A DNA stretch of 64,000 nucleotides, from NCBI GenBank assembly GCA_965218095.1, contig OZ244587.1, positions 4,096,001 through 4,160,000 on the forward strand, read 5' to 3'. The DNA is from Candidatus Poribacteria bacterium. GTDB taxonomy: Bacteria; Poribacteria; WGA-4E; PCPOR2b. Positions within the stretch are counted from its first letter, which is position 1. The number at the start of each line of letters is the position of its first letter. The notes beneath the pieces were generated by a model. That model was not told the origin of the DNA and searched no databases. It worked only from the letters and a program-made list of their open reading frames with translations. The position numbers and the translations under genes were made by a program. This document shows positions 40,156 to 50,731 of the stretch, one piece after another.

Positions 40156-41322
40156 TTACTCGAAGATTTCAAATTTGCCGTTCTCGACAATCAGTACAAT
40201 CGGGTCGTAACCCGCGTCCCCAACGGCGTTAAAAGAGAACTTGCCCAGAACGGTGTCAAAATCTCTGATATTTGCTAACGCGTCCCGAATTGCGGTTGCA
40301 TCAGTGGATTGGGCATTCGCAATCGCTTCCGCCAGAATATAGAGAGTGGCATACGAATGCGCCGCCCAGGTGTTCGGTTCGATACCGTATGTCGCTCGGT
40401 AATTCTGGACGAAGGCTTGATTCCCTGGTGTAGAGGCGGTGCTAATCCAACTCGTAAAAGTAATCGCACCATCGGCGGCGGCACCCGCGGCTTGCACCTC
40501 GTCTCTGGTCAGATCGAGAACAATAAAGGGAACAGAGGTGGGGATACCGCGTTGGCGACCTTGAATCAGAATTTCAGTCATCTCTAGTGATAAAGCTGAG
40601 ATAAAGATAGCGTCAGGATTCAACGCCTTTATCCGAGTTAATTGGGCGGAAAAGTCGGTATCGCCGCTTTGGAAGGTCTCTGTGGTCAGCACCTCGACAC
40701 CGTTAGCAGTGAGGGCTTCCCTCAACACCTCGTCGCTATCCGTGGAGAATACATCGATTTCATCATATATCGTAGCCACCCTCTGGTAGCCGAGCTTCAC
40801 ATGAGTCGCCTTGATGCCGTTAGGAATCAGCACATCTGTGGTGAGACTGACGCGGAAGATAAAATCGCCAATCGCGCTCAAACCAGAGGCGGATGAGGTG
40901 GAGCTAAAAGCCACGACTTGGTTTTCTTGCGCGATGGGAAAAACCTCTTTGGCCTGAGTTGAGAGACCGGGACCTAAGATAGCGGGCACGTCATCTTGAC
41001 GAATCAGTTTATTGAAGGCTTCAACGGCGCCCTCTACGGTGCTCCGATCGTCCTCGGTGATGAACTTAATTCTTACATTGCCGAGTTGTGAGTTGTTAAT
41101 CTCGTTGAGAGCCAGGTCAAAGCCACGTTGCGTTGGTAGGTGGCCATAGGCGGAGACGAATCGCCCTGTCAGAGGTAAGACGACGCCGATGGGAATCTCT
41201 CCACTGAGCCCTTCCATCTGAGGCGTCGCGGGTTGCTGGTTCTGATCACAAGCGGAAAGTCCCACAATCAGCGCCGCAATCGCCAATACAAACGCGAATC
41301 TGGTGGGCCGTCTGATATTCAC
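40156..41322 (-). CDS. LivJ-type ABC substrate-binding lipoprotein, copy 1
   Basis: GLSAC lipobox, EIPIG, DTDFSAQL; GTG after AAGGAG. Confidence 0.9.
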   Translation of the reverse strand: MNIRRPTRFAFVLAIAALIVGLSACDQNQQPATPQMEGLSGEIPIGVVLPLTGRFVSAYGHLPTQRGFDLALNEINNSQLGNVRIKFITEDDRSTVEGAVEAFNKLIRQDDVPAILGPGLSTQAKEVFPIAQENQVVAFSSTSSASGLSAIGDFIFRVSLTTDVLIPNGIKATHVKLGYQRVATIYDEIDVFSTDSDEVLREALTANGVEVLTTETFQSGDTDFSAQLTRIKALNPDAIFISALSLEMTEILIQGRQRGIPTSVPFIVLDLTRDEVQAAGAAADGAITFTSWISTASTPGNQAFVQNYRATYGIEPNTWAAHSYATLYILAEAIANAQSTDATAIRDALANIRDFDTVLGKFSFNAVGDAGYDPIVLIVENGKFEIFE

Positions 41323-41419
41323 ATTGAATCTCCTTCTTTTCAAATTAAAAAAACGGCGTACTGCCCTAAGAGGGCACCCACAAGGGGTGCCCCTACAAAC
41401 CCTTCTGGCGTTTAGAGGC

Positions 41420-42604
41420 TTACTCAAAGATTTCAAATTTGCCGTTTTTGACAATCAGTACAATCGGGTCGTAACCCGCGTCCCCAACGGCGTTAAAAGA
41501 GAACTTACCCAAAATGGTGTCCAGATTTGTGATATTCGCTAGCGCGTCGCGAATCGCGGCTGAATCGGTGGATTGTGCATCCGAGATTGCTTTCGCCAAG
41601 ATGTAAACGGCGGCGTACGACTGCGCTGCCCAGATGCTAGGTTCCATACCGTATTTCGCGCTGTAATTCTGAACGAAGGCTTGATTTCCCGGTGTGTCAG
41701 CCGTACTGACCCAGCCGGTAAAAGTAATCGCCCCCTCGGCGGCATCACCCGCACTTTGTACGTCATCTACCGACAGAACTATACTAATAAAGGAAATCTC
41801 AGAAGGAATCCCAAGCTGGCGCGCTTGGGTGAGAATCCGAATCAACTCTATTTGTTGAGAGAAGACGAAGATGGCTTCTGGGTTTGAGTCCTTGATGCGA
41901 GTTAATTGCGCGGAAAAGTCGGTATCACCGGTTGCGAAAGTCTCTGAGGTCAGCACCTCAACCCCGCTGGCGAGTGTTTGTTTAAACACCATGTCGCTAT
42001 CCCGAGAAGCGAGATCGACCGTATCAGTTATCGTCGCGACCCGCTGGTAGCCGAGTTTCTCCTGAGTAACCTTGACGCCCCCAGGAATCAACACATCTGT
42101 GGGGTGACTTGCCCGGAAAATAAAATCGCCAATCGTGGTCAAGCCAGAGGCATTAACGACAGGGCTAAAAGCCACAACCTGATTTTCTTGTGCGATTGGG
42201 AAAACAGATTGGGCGACGTGTGAGGTCCAGACACCGAGGATCACAGAGACTTTGTCTTGATGGACCAGTTTATTGAAAGCCGCTATCGCACCTTCAACGG
42301 TGCTCTGGTCGTCCTCAATGATGAACTTAATTCTCACATCGCTGAGTTGTGAGTTGTTGATTTCTTCGAGAGCCATGTTAAAACCATTTTCCATCACTAA
42401 GGCGCCCGGCCCGAATTCACCGGGACCTAGATCCCCGGTCTGCGGCAAGACGACACCGATGGGAATCTCCCCACGGAGCCCTTCCATCTGAGGCGTCTCC
42501 CCACTCGACAGAATCGAAACCAACTCATCGCAGGCAGAAAGCCCCGCAATCAGCGCGGCAATCGCCAAGGCAGAAACGAATGTAGTGCATCTTCGGATTT
42601 TCAC
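41420..42604 (-). CDS. LivJ-type substrate-binding lipoprotein, copy 2
   Basis: Same motifs; AAGGAGG RBS. Confidence 0.9.
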   Translation of the reverse strand: MKIRRCTTFVSALAIAALIAGLSACDELVSILSSGETPQMEGLRGEIPIGVVLPQTGDLGPGEFGPGALVMENGFNMALEEINNSQLSDVRIKFIIEDDQSTVEGAIAAFNKLVHQDKVSVILGVWTSHVAQSVFPIAQENQVVAFSPVVNASGLTTIGDFIFRASHPTDVLIPGGVKVTQEKLGYQRVATITDTVDLASRDSDMVFKQTLASGVEVLTSETFATGDTDFSAQLTRIKDSNPEAIFVFSQQIELIRILTQARQLGIPSEISFISIVLSVDDVQSAGDAAEGAITFTGWVSTADTPGNQAFVQNYSAKYGMEPSIWAAQSYAAVYILAKAISDAQSTDSAAIRDALANITNLDTILGKFSFNAVGDAGYDPIVLIVKNGKFEIFE

Positions 42605-42697
42605 ATTGAACCTCCTTGTTTTTAAATAAAAAAACGCAACCCTAAGCGGGCAACCACAAGGGTTGCCCCTACTACGAACCTCTTTGGATTTAGAGAC

Positions 42698-43864
42698 TTA
42701 CTCAAAGACTTGGAATTGGCCGTTCTGGACAATCAGTACAATCGGGTCGTAAACTGCGTCCCCGACGGCGTCAAAAGAGAATTGACCTAAAACGGTGTCG
42801 AAATTTTTGGTATTTGCCAGTGCATCCTGAATCGCCGTTGGATCGGTGGATTGGGCTTCCGCAATCGCCGCGGCGATGATATAAACAGCAGCATACGACT
42901 GCGCGGTCCAAGCGTTCGGTTCACTCCCATACGTCGCTCGGTACTTCTGGACGAAGGCTTGATTTCCCGGTGTATCCGCCGTGCTAATCCAACCTGCAAA
43001 AGAGATTGCCCCCTCGGCGGCAGCCCCTGCGTTTTCCACATCGCTTATCAGGCTAGTAATATAGGGAACCTCAGTGGAAATCCCAAGCTGGCGGCCTTTA
43101 ACCTGAATTCTGATTAACTCCGGTTGTTGCGCTGCGATAAAGATGGCATCAGGATTTGCGTCCTTTATCCGAGCCAATTGTTCGGAAAAATCGGTATCAT
43201 CGCTTCGGAAGGTCTCTGTAATCAGAATCTTGACACCGATCTCAGTGAGCGTGTCCCTGAACTTTTCATAGCTATCCATAGAATAGGAATCAATTTCATC
43301 ATATATGATTGCTACCCTTTGATAGTCAAGTTTCGCCTGCGTTTTCCTGACGCCATCAGGAAGCAGCACATCTGTGGTGAGCCCGGCGCGGAAGATAAAA
43401 TCGTCAAATGCATTCAGACCAGCACGATTTGAGGAGGAACTAAAAGCCACAACTTCATTCTGTTCTGCGATTGGAAACGCCGCTTCGGCTTGATCTGAAG
43501 TTGTGGGACCGAAGATAATAGGCACACCATCTTGATAAACCAGTTTCTTATAGGCTTCGACGGCCCCCTCATCGGTGCCCTGGTCGTCCTCTATGATGAA
43601 CTTAAGTCTCACATCGCCAAGTTGTGAGTTGTTAATCTCTTCGAGAGCTAGCTCAAAGCCACGTTGTATAGGTAGCGCAAACGTGGCAAGACGTCCGGTG
43701 ATAGGATAGACAAGGCCAATGGGAATCTCCCCACGGAGCCCTTCCATCTGAGGCGTCTCGCCGTTAGATAAAATCGAAATGAACTCATCGCAGGCGGAAA
43801 GCCCCGCCATCAGCGCGGCAATCGCCAATACAAATGTGAATCTTGTGATTCTTCTAATGTTCAT
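42698..43864 (-). CDS. LivJ-type substrate-binding lipoprotein, copy 3
   Basis: Same motifs; AAGGAGG RBS. Confidence 0.9.
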   Translation of the reverse strand: MNIRRITRFTFVLAIAALMAGLSACDEFISILSNGETPQMEGLRGEIPIGLVYPITGRLATFALPIQRGFELALEEINNSQLGDVRLKFIIEDDQGTDEGAVEAYKKLVYQDGVPIIFGPTTSDQAEAAFPIAEQNEVVAFSSSSNRAGLNAFDDFIFRAGLTTDVLLPDGVRKTQAKLDYQRVAIIYDEIDSYSMDSYEKFRDTLTEIGVKILITETFRSDDTDFSEQLARIKDANPDAIFIAAQQPELIRIQVKGRQLGISTEVPYITSLISDVENAGAAAEGAISFAGWISTADTPGNQAFVQKYRATYGSEPNAWTAQSYAAVYIIAAAIAEAQSTDPTAIQDALANTKNFDTVLGQFSFDAVGDAVYDPIVLIVQNGQFQVFE

Positions 43865-44001
43865 GTTGAACCTCCTTGTTTTTAGTTGTTGATTGATAAG
43901 TTGCGACCTATCGTCAGAAAAACCGAGTCTTGTATCAAGTCTCCCTTGACGTCTAAAAAAAACGCTTTTTGGCAAAGTATTACCCTCTAGCGTTTGGAGG
44001 A

Positions 44002-45192
44002 TTACTCGAAGACTTCCAATTGGCCGTTCACCACAATCAGTACCTTCGGATCGTAAACGGCATCCCCGACAGCGTCAAAAGAGAATTTTCCGAAAACGGT
44101 ATCGAAATCTGTGATATTCGCCAACGCGTCTCGAATTACGGTTGAATTGGTGGATGGAGCGTTGGCAATTGCCTCAGCCAAAATATGGAGGGCGGCATAT
44201 GACTGCGCGGCGTAATTGTTCGGCTCCACCCCGTATTTCGCGCTATAATTCTGGACAAAGGCGTGATTTCCCGGTGTGTCAGCCGCGCTTGCCCAACCAA
44301 CAAAGGTAATCGCCCCCTCAGCGGCATCACCCGCAGCTTGCACATCGGCTATGGTCAACGTGCGAATAATAAACGGCACCGAGTCGGGGATGCCGAGTGC
44401 GCGCCCTTGAATCAGAATCCCGGGCTTTTCTGGGGGTAAAGCGGAGATAAAGATAACATCAGGATTTGCCTCCTTTATCCGGGTTAATTGAGCAGAAAAA
44501 TCGATATCACCGTCTTGGTCGGTATCACCGCCCTGGAATGTCTCTGTAATCAACACCTTGACGCCGTTCGCAGCGAGCACTTCCCTCACCGCCTCATCGC
44601 TATCCGTGGAGAAAACATCGCTTTCATCATACATCGTCGCCACCCGTTGATAGCCGAGCTTTGCATGAGTCGCCTTGATGCCGCTTGGAATCAGCACATC
44701 TGTGGTGAGAGCGACGCGAAAAACAAAATCACCAATCGCGCTGAGTCCGCGGGCGGCGGATGTCGGGCTAATCGCCACAACCTGATTCTGTTGCGCTACC
44801 GGAAACGCCTCTTTGGTCGCACTTGAGGTTGCGGGACCGAGGATAGCAGACACGCCCTCTTGCTGAATCAGTTTATTGTAGGCTTCAACGGCGCCCTCAA
44901 CGGTGCTCCGATCGTCCTTGATGATGAACTTGATGGTTGCATCGCCGAGCTGTGAGTTGTTAATATCTTCGAGAGCCAGGTCAAAGCCATGTTGCATTGG
45001 TCGGCCAAACGAAGAGGCGAGTCGCCCTGTCAGAGATAAGACGACGCCAATAGGAATCTCTCCACTGAGCCCTTCCATCTGAGGTGTTGCAGGGAGGAGA
45101 AGTTGCTGGATCTGGTCGCAGGCGGAAAGCCCCACAATCAGGAGGGCAATCGCCAAGACAAACGCAAATGGAGTGAATCTTCTGATATTCAC
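44002..45192 (-). CDS. LivJ-type substrate-binding lipoprotein, copy 4
   Basis: Same motifs; AAGGAGG RBS. Confidence 0.9.
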   Translation of the reverse strand: MNIRRFTPFAFVLAIALLIVGLSACDQIQQLLLPATPQMEGLSGEIPIGVVLSLTGRLASSFGRPMQHGFDLALEDINNSQLGDATIKFIIKDDRSTVEGAVEAYNKLIQQEGVSAILGPATSSATKEAFPVAQQNQVVAISPTSAARGLSAIGDFVFRVALTTDVLIPSGIKATHAKLGYQRVATMYDESDVFSTDSDEAVREVLAANGVKVLITETFQGGDTDQDGDIDFSAQLTRIKEANPDVIFISALPPEKPGILIQGRALGIPDSVPFIIRTLTIADVQAAGDAAEGAITFVGWASAADTPGNHAFVQNYSAKYGVEPNNYAAQSYAALHILAEAIANAPSTNSTVIRDALANITDFDTVFGKFSFDAVGDAVYDPKVLIVVNGQLEVFE

Positions 45193-45285
45193 ATTGAACC
45201 TCCTTGTTTTTAAATAAAAAAACGCAGCCCTAAGCGGGCAACCACAAGGGTTGCCCCTACTACGAACCGCTTTGGATTTAGAGGC

Positions 45286-46449
45286 TTACTCAAAGACTTG
45301 GAATTGGCCGTTCTGGACAATCAGCACAATCGGGTCGTAAACGGCATCCCCGACAGCGTTAAAAGAGAACTTGCCCAAAACGGTGTCGAAATCTCTGATA
45401 TTCGCCATCGCATCCCGAATCGCGGTTGAATCGGTGGATTGGGCGTTCGCAATCGCTTCCGCCAGAATATAGACAGCGGCATACGACTGTGCGGCGAAGG
45501 CGTTAGGTTCAATACCGTATGTCTCTCGATAATTCTGGACGAAAGCTTGATTTCTTGGTGTGTCAGCCGTGCTGGCCCAACCCGTAAAAGCAATCGTACC
45601 CTCGGCGGCATCACCCGCGGCTTCCACTCCGCCTCGGGTCAGCGTGGGAGCAATAAAGGGAACAGAGGAGGGGATACCGAGTCGGCGACCTTGAATCAGA
45701 ATCCCGGGCTTTTCTAGCGGCAGAGTTGAGATAAAGATAGCGTCAGGATTTGCCTCCTTTATCCGAGTTAATTGAGCGGAAAAATCGGTATCACCACCTT
45801 GGTCGGTATCACCACCTTGGAAAGTCTCTGTGATTAACACCTTGACGCCGTTCTCAGCAAGCGCTTCCCTCACTACCTCGTCGCTATCCGTGGAGAAGAG
45901 ATCGTTTTCATCATACATCGTAGCCACTCTTTGGTAGCCGAGCTTCTCCTGAGTCGCCTTGACGCCGTTAGGAATCAGCACACCTGTGGTAAGACCGGCG
46001 CGGAAGATAAAATCACCAATCGCGCTCAGGCCAGAGGCAGCGGATGTCGGGCTAAAAGCCACGATCTGATTCTGTTGCGCGATCGGAAAAGCCGCTTGAG
46101 CCTGACTTGAGGTCGCGGGACCGAGGATCGCAGGCACGCGATCTTGATGAATCAGTTTATTGAAGGCTTCAACAGCGCCCTCAACGGTGCTCCGACCATC
46201 CTCGATGATGAGTTTGATTTTTGCGCCGCCGAGCTGTGAGTTGTTAATCTCTTTGACAGCTAGTTTAAAGCTGTATTCCACCGGCAGGGCAATCGGTCCG
46301 AGTCGTCCTGTGATAGGATGGACGACACCGATGGGAATCTCTCCACTGAGCCCTTCCATCTGAGGCGTCTCACCGTTATCATCGCAGGTGGAAAGCCCCG
46401 CCATCAGCGCGGCAATCGCCAAGACAAACGTGATTCTTCTCATGTTCAT
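45286..46449 (-). CDS. LivJ-type substrate-binding lipoprotein, copy 5
   Basis: Same motifs; GLSTC lipobox. Confidence 0.9.
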   Translation of the reverse strand: MNMRRITFVLAIAALMAGLSTCDDNGETPQMEGLSGEIPIGVVHPITGRLGPIALPVEYSFKLAVKEINNSQLGGAKIKLIIEDGRSTVEGAVEAFNKLIHQDRVPAILGPATSSQAQAAFPIAQQNQIVAFSPTSAASGLSAIGDFIFRAGLTTGVLIPNGVKATQEKLGYQRVATMYDENDLFSTDSDEVVREALAENGVKVLITETFQGGDTDQGGDTDFSAQLTRIKEANPDAIFISTLPLEKPGILIQGRRLGIPSSVPFIAPTLTRGGVEAAGDAAEGTIAFTGWASTADTPRNQAFVQNYRETYGIEPNAFAAQSYAAVYILAEAIANAQSTDSTAIRDAMANIRDFDTVLGKFSFNAVGDAVYDPIVLIVQNGQFQVFE

Positions 46450-46627
46450 GTTGAACCTCCTTGTTTTCAAATAAAAAAAATCAGGCGGGGGACAATCGAG
46501 GAAACCTGCCCCCCAGACCTGATTGGTTGGGGATTGATATTCGGAAAATGGTTATTAAAACTGAAGTACCTGTTATCAGCAAGTGGCTGATGACGCGGTT
46601 ACGGTTATGCCCATCCGCCGTTGCGGA

Positions 46628-47791
46628 TTACTCGAAAAGTACAAACTCGCCGTTTTCGACGGTAAGCACTATCGGATCATAGACCGCTTCCCCGTTGGGG
46701 TCAAAAGAGAACGCCCCCAAAACGGTGTCGAAATCCATGGTATTCGCCAGCGCGTCCCGAATTGCCATTGCATCGGCAGATTGCGCTTCCATAATCGCCG
46801 CAGCAAGAATATGGAGCGTCGCATACGACTGTGCCGCCCAAGCAGCCGGCTCCATCCCATATTTCTCGGTATAACTCTGGACGAAAGCTTGATTCATCGG
46901 CGTGTCAGTCGTGCTAAACCAACCTATAGCAGTAGTCGTTCCCTCGGTGGCATCACCCGCGACTGCCACCTCAATACTGGTCAGTTCGGGAACAACAAAG
47001 TGTACAGAAGGCATGAGCTGACGCGCTTGAATCATAATCTGAGGTATGTGGGATCCTAAAGCGGAGATAAAGAAGACATCAGGATTTAACGCCATTATCC
47101 GAGTTAATTGCGCCGAAAAATCGGTATCACCACCTTGGTAGGTCTCTGTGGCCACAACTTCGACGCTGTTTTCGACAAGCGCAGCCCTGAACTCTTCGTC
47201 GCTACGCGTGGCGTAGGTATCGCCATCGTGATATATCGTAGCCGCCTTTTGGTAACCGAATTTCTCATGAGTCGCTTTGACAGCAGCAGGGTTAAGCACA
47301 CCTGAATTGAGCCCTACACGGAAGATAAATTCGCCACGCGAACTCAGATCTGGGGCAGACGAGACTGAGCTAACAACGACAACCCCGTTTTCTTCCGCTA
47401 TTGGGATTACCTGTTCAAGCTGGGTTGAGATAGCGAAACCAACAATAGCAGATACCTCATCCTGATGAATCAGTTTATTGACGGCTTCAACGGCACTCAC
47501 GCTTTGATCATCCTCAACAATGAAGGTAATCTTTGCATCGCCGAGCTGTGAGTTGTTAATATGTTCGCGAGCAAGTTCAAAGCCATCTAGCATTGGTAGG
47601 CCATACGGGGCGGCGAATGGCCCTGTCTGTGCCAGAACGACACCGATGGGAATCTCTCCACTGAGACCTTCCATCTGAGGCGTCTCGCCGTTAGACAAAA
47701 TCGAAACTAGCTCATCGCAGGCAGAAAGCCCCGCAATCAGTGCGACAATCGCCAAGACATACGCGAATGTGGTGCTTCTTCTAATGTTCAT
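46628..47791 (-). CDS. LivJ-type substrate-binding lipoprotein, copy 6
   Basis: Same motifs; AAGGAGG RBS. Confidence 0.9.
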   Translation of the reverse strand: MNIRRSTTFAYVLAIVALIAGLSACDELVSILSNGETPQMEGLSGEIPIGVVLAQTGPFAAPYGLPMLDGFELAREHINNSQLGDAKITFIVEDDQSVSAVEAVNKLIHQDEVSAIVGFAISTQLEQVIPIAEENGVVVVSSVSSAPDLSSRGEFIFRVGLNSGVLNPAAVKATHEKFGYQKAATIYHDGDTYATRSDEEFRAALVENSVEVVATETYQGGDTDFSAQLTRIMALNPDVFFISALGSHIPQIMIQARQLMPSVHFVVPELTSIEVAVAGDATEGTTTAIGWFSTTDTPMNQAFVQSYTEKYGMEPAAWAAQSYATLHILAAAIMEAQSADAMAIRDALANTMDFDTVLGAFSFDPNGEAVYDPIVLTVENGEFVLFE

Positions 47792-47970
47792 GTTGAACCT
47801 CCTTCGTTTTGAAATTAAAAAAATAGGCGGGGCAGAATCGAGAAAATCTCCCCCCACCCAAGCCTGATTTGTTGTTGATTGATATTCGGAAAACATTATT
47901 AAAACTGAAGAGCCCGTCATCAGCGGGCGGCTGATGACAGAGTTAAGGTTATGCCCATCCATTGCTGGGC

Positions 47971-49140
47971 TTACTCGAAGACTTCAAATTGGCCGTTCTT
48001 GACCCTAAGTATCTGCGGGTCGTAAACCGCATCCCCGACCGCATCAAAAGAGAACTGGCCTAAAATGATGTCGAAATCTCTGGTATTCGCCATCGCATCC
48101 CGAATCGCGGTTGAATCGGTGGATTGCGCCTCCATAATCGCCGCGGCGAGAATTTGGAGCGTCGCATACGACTGCGCCGCCCAAGCGTTCGGCGCCATCC
48201 CGTATTTCTCGGTATAACTCTGGATGAAGGCTTCATTCCCTGGGGTAGCAACGAGGCTGGACCAACCTATAAAGGTAATCACACCCTCCGCGGCATCACC
48301 CGCGGGTCGCACCTGTTCTATTGACAGTTCGGGCAGAATAAAGGGAACCGAGTCAGGGATACCGAGCTCGCGACCTTGCGTCAGAATCAGAGGCATCTCC
48401 GGTGGTAAGGTTGAGATAAAGATGGCTTCAGGGTTCAACTCCATTATCCGAGTTAATTGCGCGGAAAAGTCCGTATCGCCACTTTGGAAGGTCTCCGTGG
48501 TCACAATCTCGACGCCGTTCTCAGCGAGAGCTGCTTGGAACCCCTCGTGACTGCTCGTTGAGTAGAGATCGCTTTCATCATATATGGTCGCCGCTTTTGT
48601 ATAGCCGAGTTTCTCCTGAGTGATCCTAACGCCGCTTGGATTCAGGATATCTATGGTGAGCCCCGCGCGGAAGATGAAATCGCCTATCGCGCTCAGACCG
48701 GAGGCGGAAGAGACTGAGCTAAAAGCTACAATCCCATTTTCTTGCGCTATCGGAAACGCATGTACGGCTTGAGATGAGATAGCGAGTCCGATGATAGCAG
48801 ACACACCATCTTGATGAATCAGTTTATTGAATGCTTCAACGGCACTCTCGCTCCGATCGTCCTCGGTGATGAAGGTAATTGTTGCACCGCCGAGCTGCCC
48901 TGAATTGTTAATCTCTGCACGAGCGAGTTCAAAGCCATTTTGCATCGGTATACCAATTTCGTCGGCGAATCGCCCTGTCAGAGCTACGACGAGGCCAATG
49001 GGAATCTCTCCACTGAGCCCATCCATCTGAGGTGGGGCAGGGAGGAGAAGTTGCTGAATCCGGTCACAGGCGGAAAGTCCCGCAATCAGCGCGACAATCG
49101 CCAGTACAAATGCGAATTTGGTGAATCTTCCGAAGTTCAT
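47971..49140 (-). CDS. LivJ-type substrate-binding lipoprotein, copy 7
   Basis: Same motifs; GGAGG RBS. Confidence 0.9.
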   Translation of the reverse strand: MNFGRFTKFAFVLAIVALIAGLSACDRIQQLLLPAPPQMDGLSGEIPIGLVVALTGRFADEIGIPMQNGFELARAEINNSGQLGGATITFITEDDRSESAVEAFNKLIHQDGVSAIIGLAISSQAVHAFPIAQENGIVAFSSVSSASGLSAIGDFIFRAGLTIDILNPSGVRITQEKLGYTKAATIYDESDLYSTSSHEGFQAALAENGVEIVTTETFQSGDTDFSAQLTRIMELNPEAIFISTLPPEMPLILTQGRELGIPDSVPFILPELSIEQVRPAGDAAEGVITFIGWSSLVATPGNEAFIQSYTEKYGMAPNAWAAQSYATLQILAAAIMEAQSTDSTAIRDAMANTRDFDIILGQFSFDAVGDAVYDPQILRVKNGQFEVFE

Positions 49141-49428
49141 TTTTAACCTCCATAGTTTCAAATGAAAAAGTTGAAACGGGGCAGCATCCAGAAAATCTAC
49201 CCCAAGCGGATTCGTTATTGATTGATGAGATTAGACTCAAGTTGCGATCTGTCATCAGAAAAAGCGGATTTTTGTATCAAGTTTTCCTTGATGCCTAAAA
49301 ACTCGCTTTTGGGCAAAGCCTTCCCCTTTGACATTTCGGCGTGAAAAACCTGACCTTTGCCTATTTTTCCATAGATTACAGTCGTTGTCAAACTAAAAAA
49401 CGGAGGGGTTTCTTAACGGAATAGGGAC

Positions 49429-50607
49429 CTACTCGAAGACCTGAAATTCGCCGTTCTCGACAATCAGTATGATTGGGTCGTAAACTGCATCCCCAACCGC
49501 GTCAAAAGAGAATCTACCCAAAATAGTGTCAAAATCCATGATATTTGCCATAGCATCCCGAATCGTGCTCGAATCTATTGATTGTGCCCTCTTCATAGCC
49601 GCCACCAATATATAGACGGAAGCATACGCCTGCGCTGCCCAGATGTTCGGTTCGACGCCGTATTTCGTACTGTAATTCTGAACGAAGGCTTGATTTCCCG
49701 GTGTGTCAGCCGTGCTGACCCAGCTGGTAAAAGTGATCGCCCCCTCGGCAGCATCGCCTAGGAATTGTATCTGATCCGAGGCAAGGGTAACAGTAACAAT
49801 AAAGGGAATGTCGGCGGGGATGCCAAGCTGACGACCTTGCATCAGAATCTTGGTCGTCTCTAGTGGCAATGCTGAAATAAAGATGGCGTCAGGATTTGAA
49901 TCCTTGATGCGAGTTAATTGGGCGGAAAAGTCAGTTTCGCCGGTTTCAAAGGTCTCTGTGGTCAAAATCTCGACACCGTTCGCATTGAGCGATTCTGTCA
50001 ACATTGCATCGCTACTCTGGGAAAAGAAATCAAGGCTATCGGCTATTTTAGCAACTCGCTGATACCCCAGTTTTTCATGGGTAATCTGGACACCGATAGG
50101 CACAAGTTTATCTACAGTGAGACTCGCCCGAAAGCCGAAATCGCTAAGCGCGCTGAGTCCACGGGCGGCGGATGTCGGACTAAACGCCACGACCTGATTC
50201 TTTTGTGCAATCGGAAAAGTCTTTTTAGTCGCACTTGAGGTCGCGGGACCGAGGATAGCAGGGACTTTGCCTTGAGCAATCAGTTTCTTGTAGGCTTCAA
50301 CTGCGCCCTCCACGGTGCTTCGATTGTCCTTGATAATGAACGTGATTCTCGCATCGCCGAGCTGCGCGTCGTTAATCTCTTCAAGAGCCAACTCAAAGCC
50401 TTGTCCCATTGGTTCGCCAAACGCATCGCCGAGCCGCCCTGTCAGAGGTAAGACGGCGCCGATGGGAATCTCTCCGCTGAGACCTTCCATCTGAGGCGTC
50501 TCGCCGTTAGACAAAATCGAAACGAACTCATCGCAGGCGGAAAGCCCTCCCATCAGAGTGGCAATTGCCAATACAAACGTGAATTTTGTGATTCTTCTAA
50601 TGCTTAT
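49429..50607 (-). CDS. LivJ-type substrate-binding lipoprotein, copy 8 (ATA at the start position)
   Basis: AAGGAGGTTCAAC-ATA where paralogs have ATG/GTG. Confidence 0.8.
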   Translation of the reverse strand: MSIRRITKFTFVLAIATLMGGLSACDEFVSILSNGETPQMEGLSGEIPIGAVLPLTGRLGDAFGEPMGQGFELALEEINDAQLGDARITFIIKDNRSTVEGAVEAYKKLIAQGKVPAILGPATSSATKKTFPIAQKNQVVAFSPTSAARGLSALSDFGFRASLTVDKLVPIGVQITHEKLGYQRVAKIADSLDFFSQSSDAMLTESLNANGVEILTTETFETGETDFSAQLTRIKDSNPDAIFISALPLETTKILMQGRQLGIPADIPFIVTVTLASDQIQFLGDAAEGAITFTSWVSTADTPGNQAFVQNYSTKYGVEPNIWAAQAYASVYILVAAMKRAQSIDSSTIRDAMANIMDFDTILGRFSFDAVGDAVYDPIILIVENGEFQVFE

Positions 50608-50731
50608 GTTGAACCTCCTTCGTTTCCACAGAGAGTGGAGGACAGGGGAGCAGGCAAGCCCGCCCGCTCGGATGGTCCCCTGTACGCCTGCCCATCCGCT
50701 TTCAAACCTGTCCTTACTAGCATACAACCAT

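Larger units (their letters stand above)
41370..45260 (-). repeat. GTAG-type REP palindromes between receptor genes (about 41370, 42646, 45234)
   Basis: GTAGGGGCAACCCTTGTGGTTGCCC and a variant; relatives near 29772, 30317 and 34305. Confidence 0.75.

Noticed and set aside
47910-47970. Fluoride riboswitch or hammerhead ribozyme (GCTGATGAC)
   Set aside because: The motif is paired in a simple hairpin, the second copy reads GCTGATAAC, and the other core elements are missing
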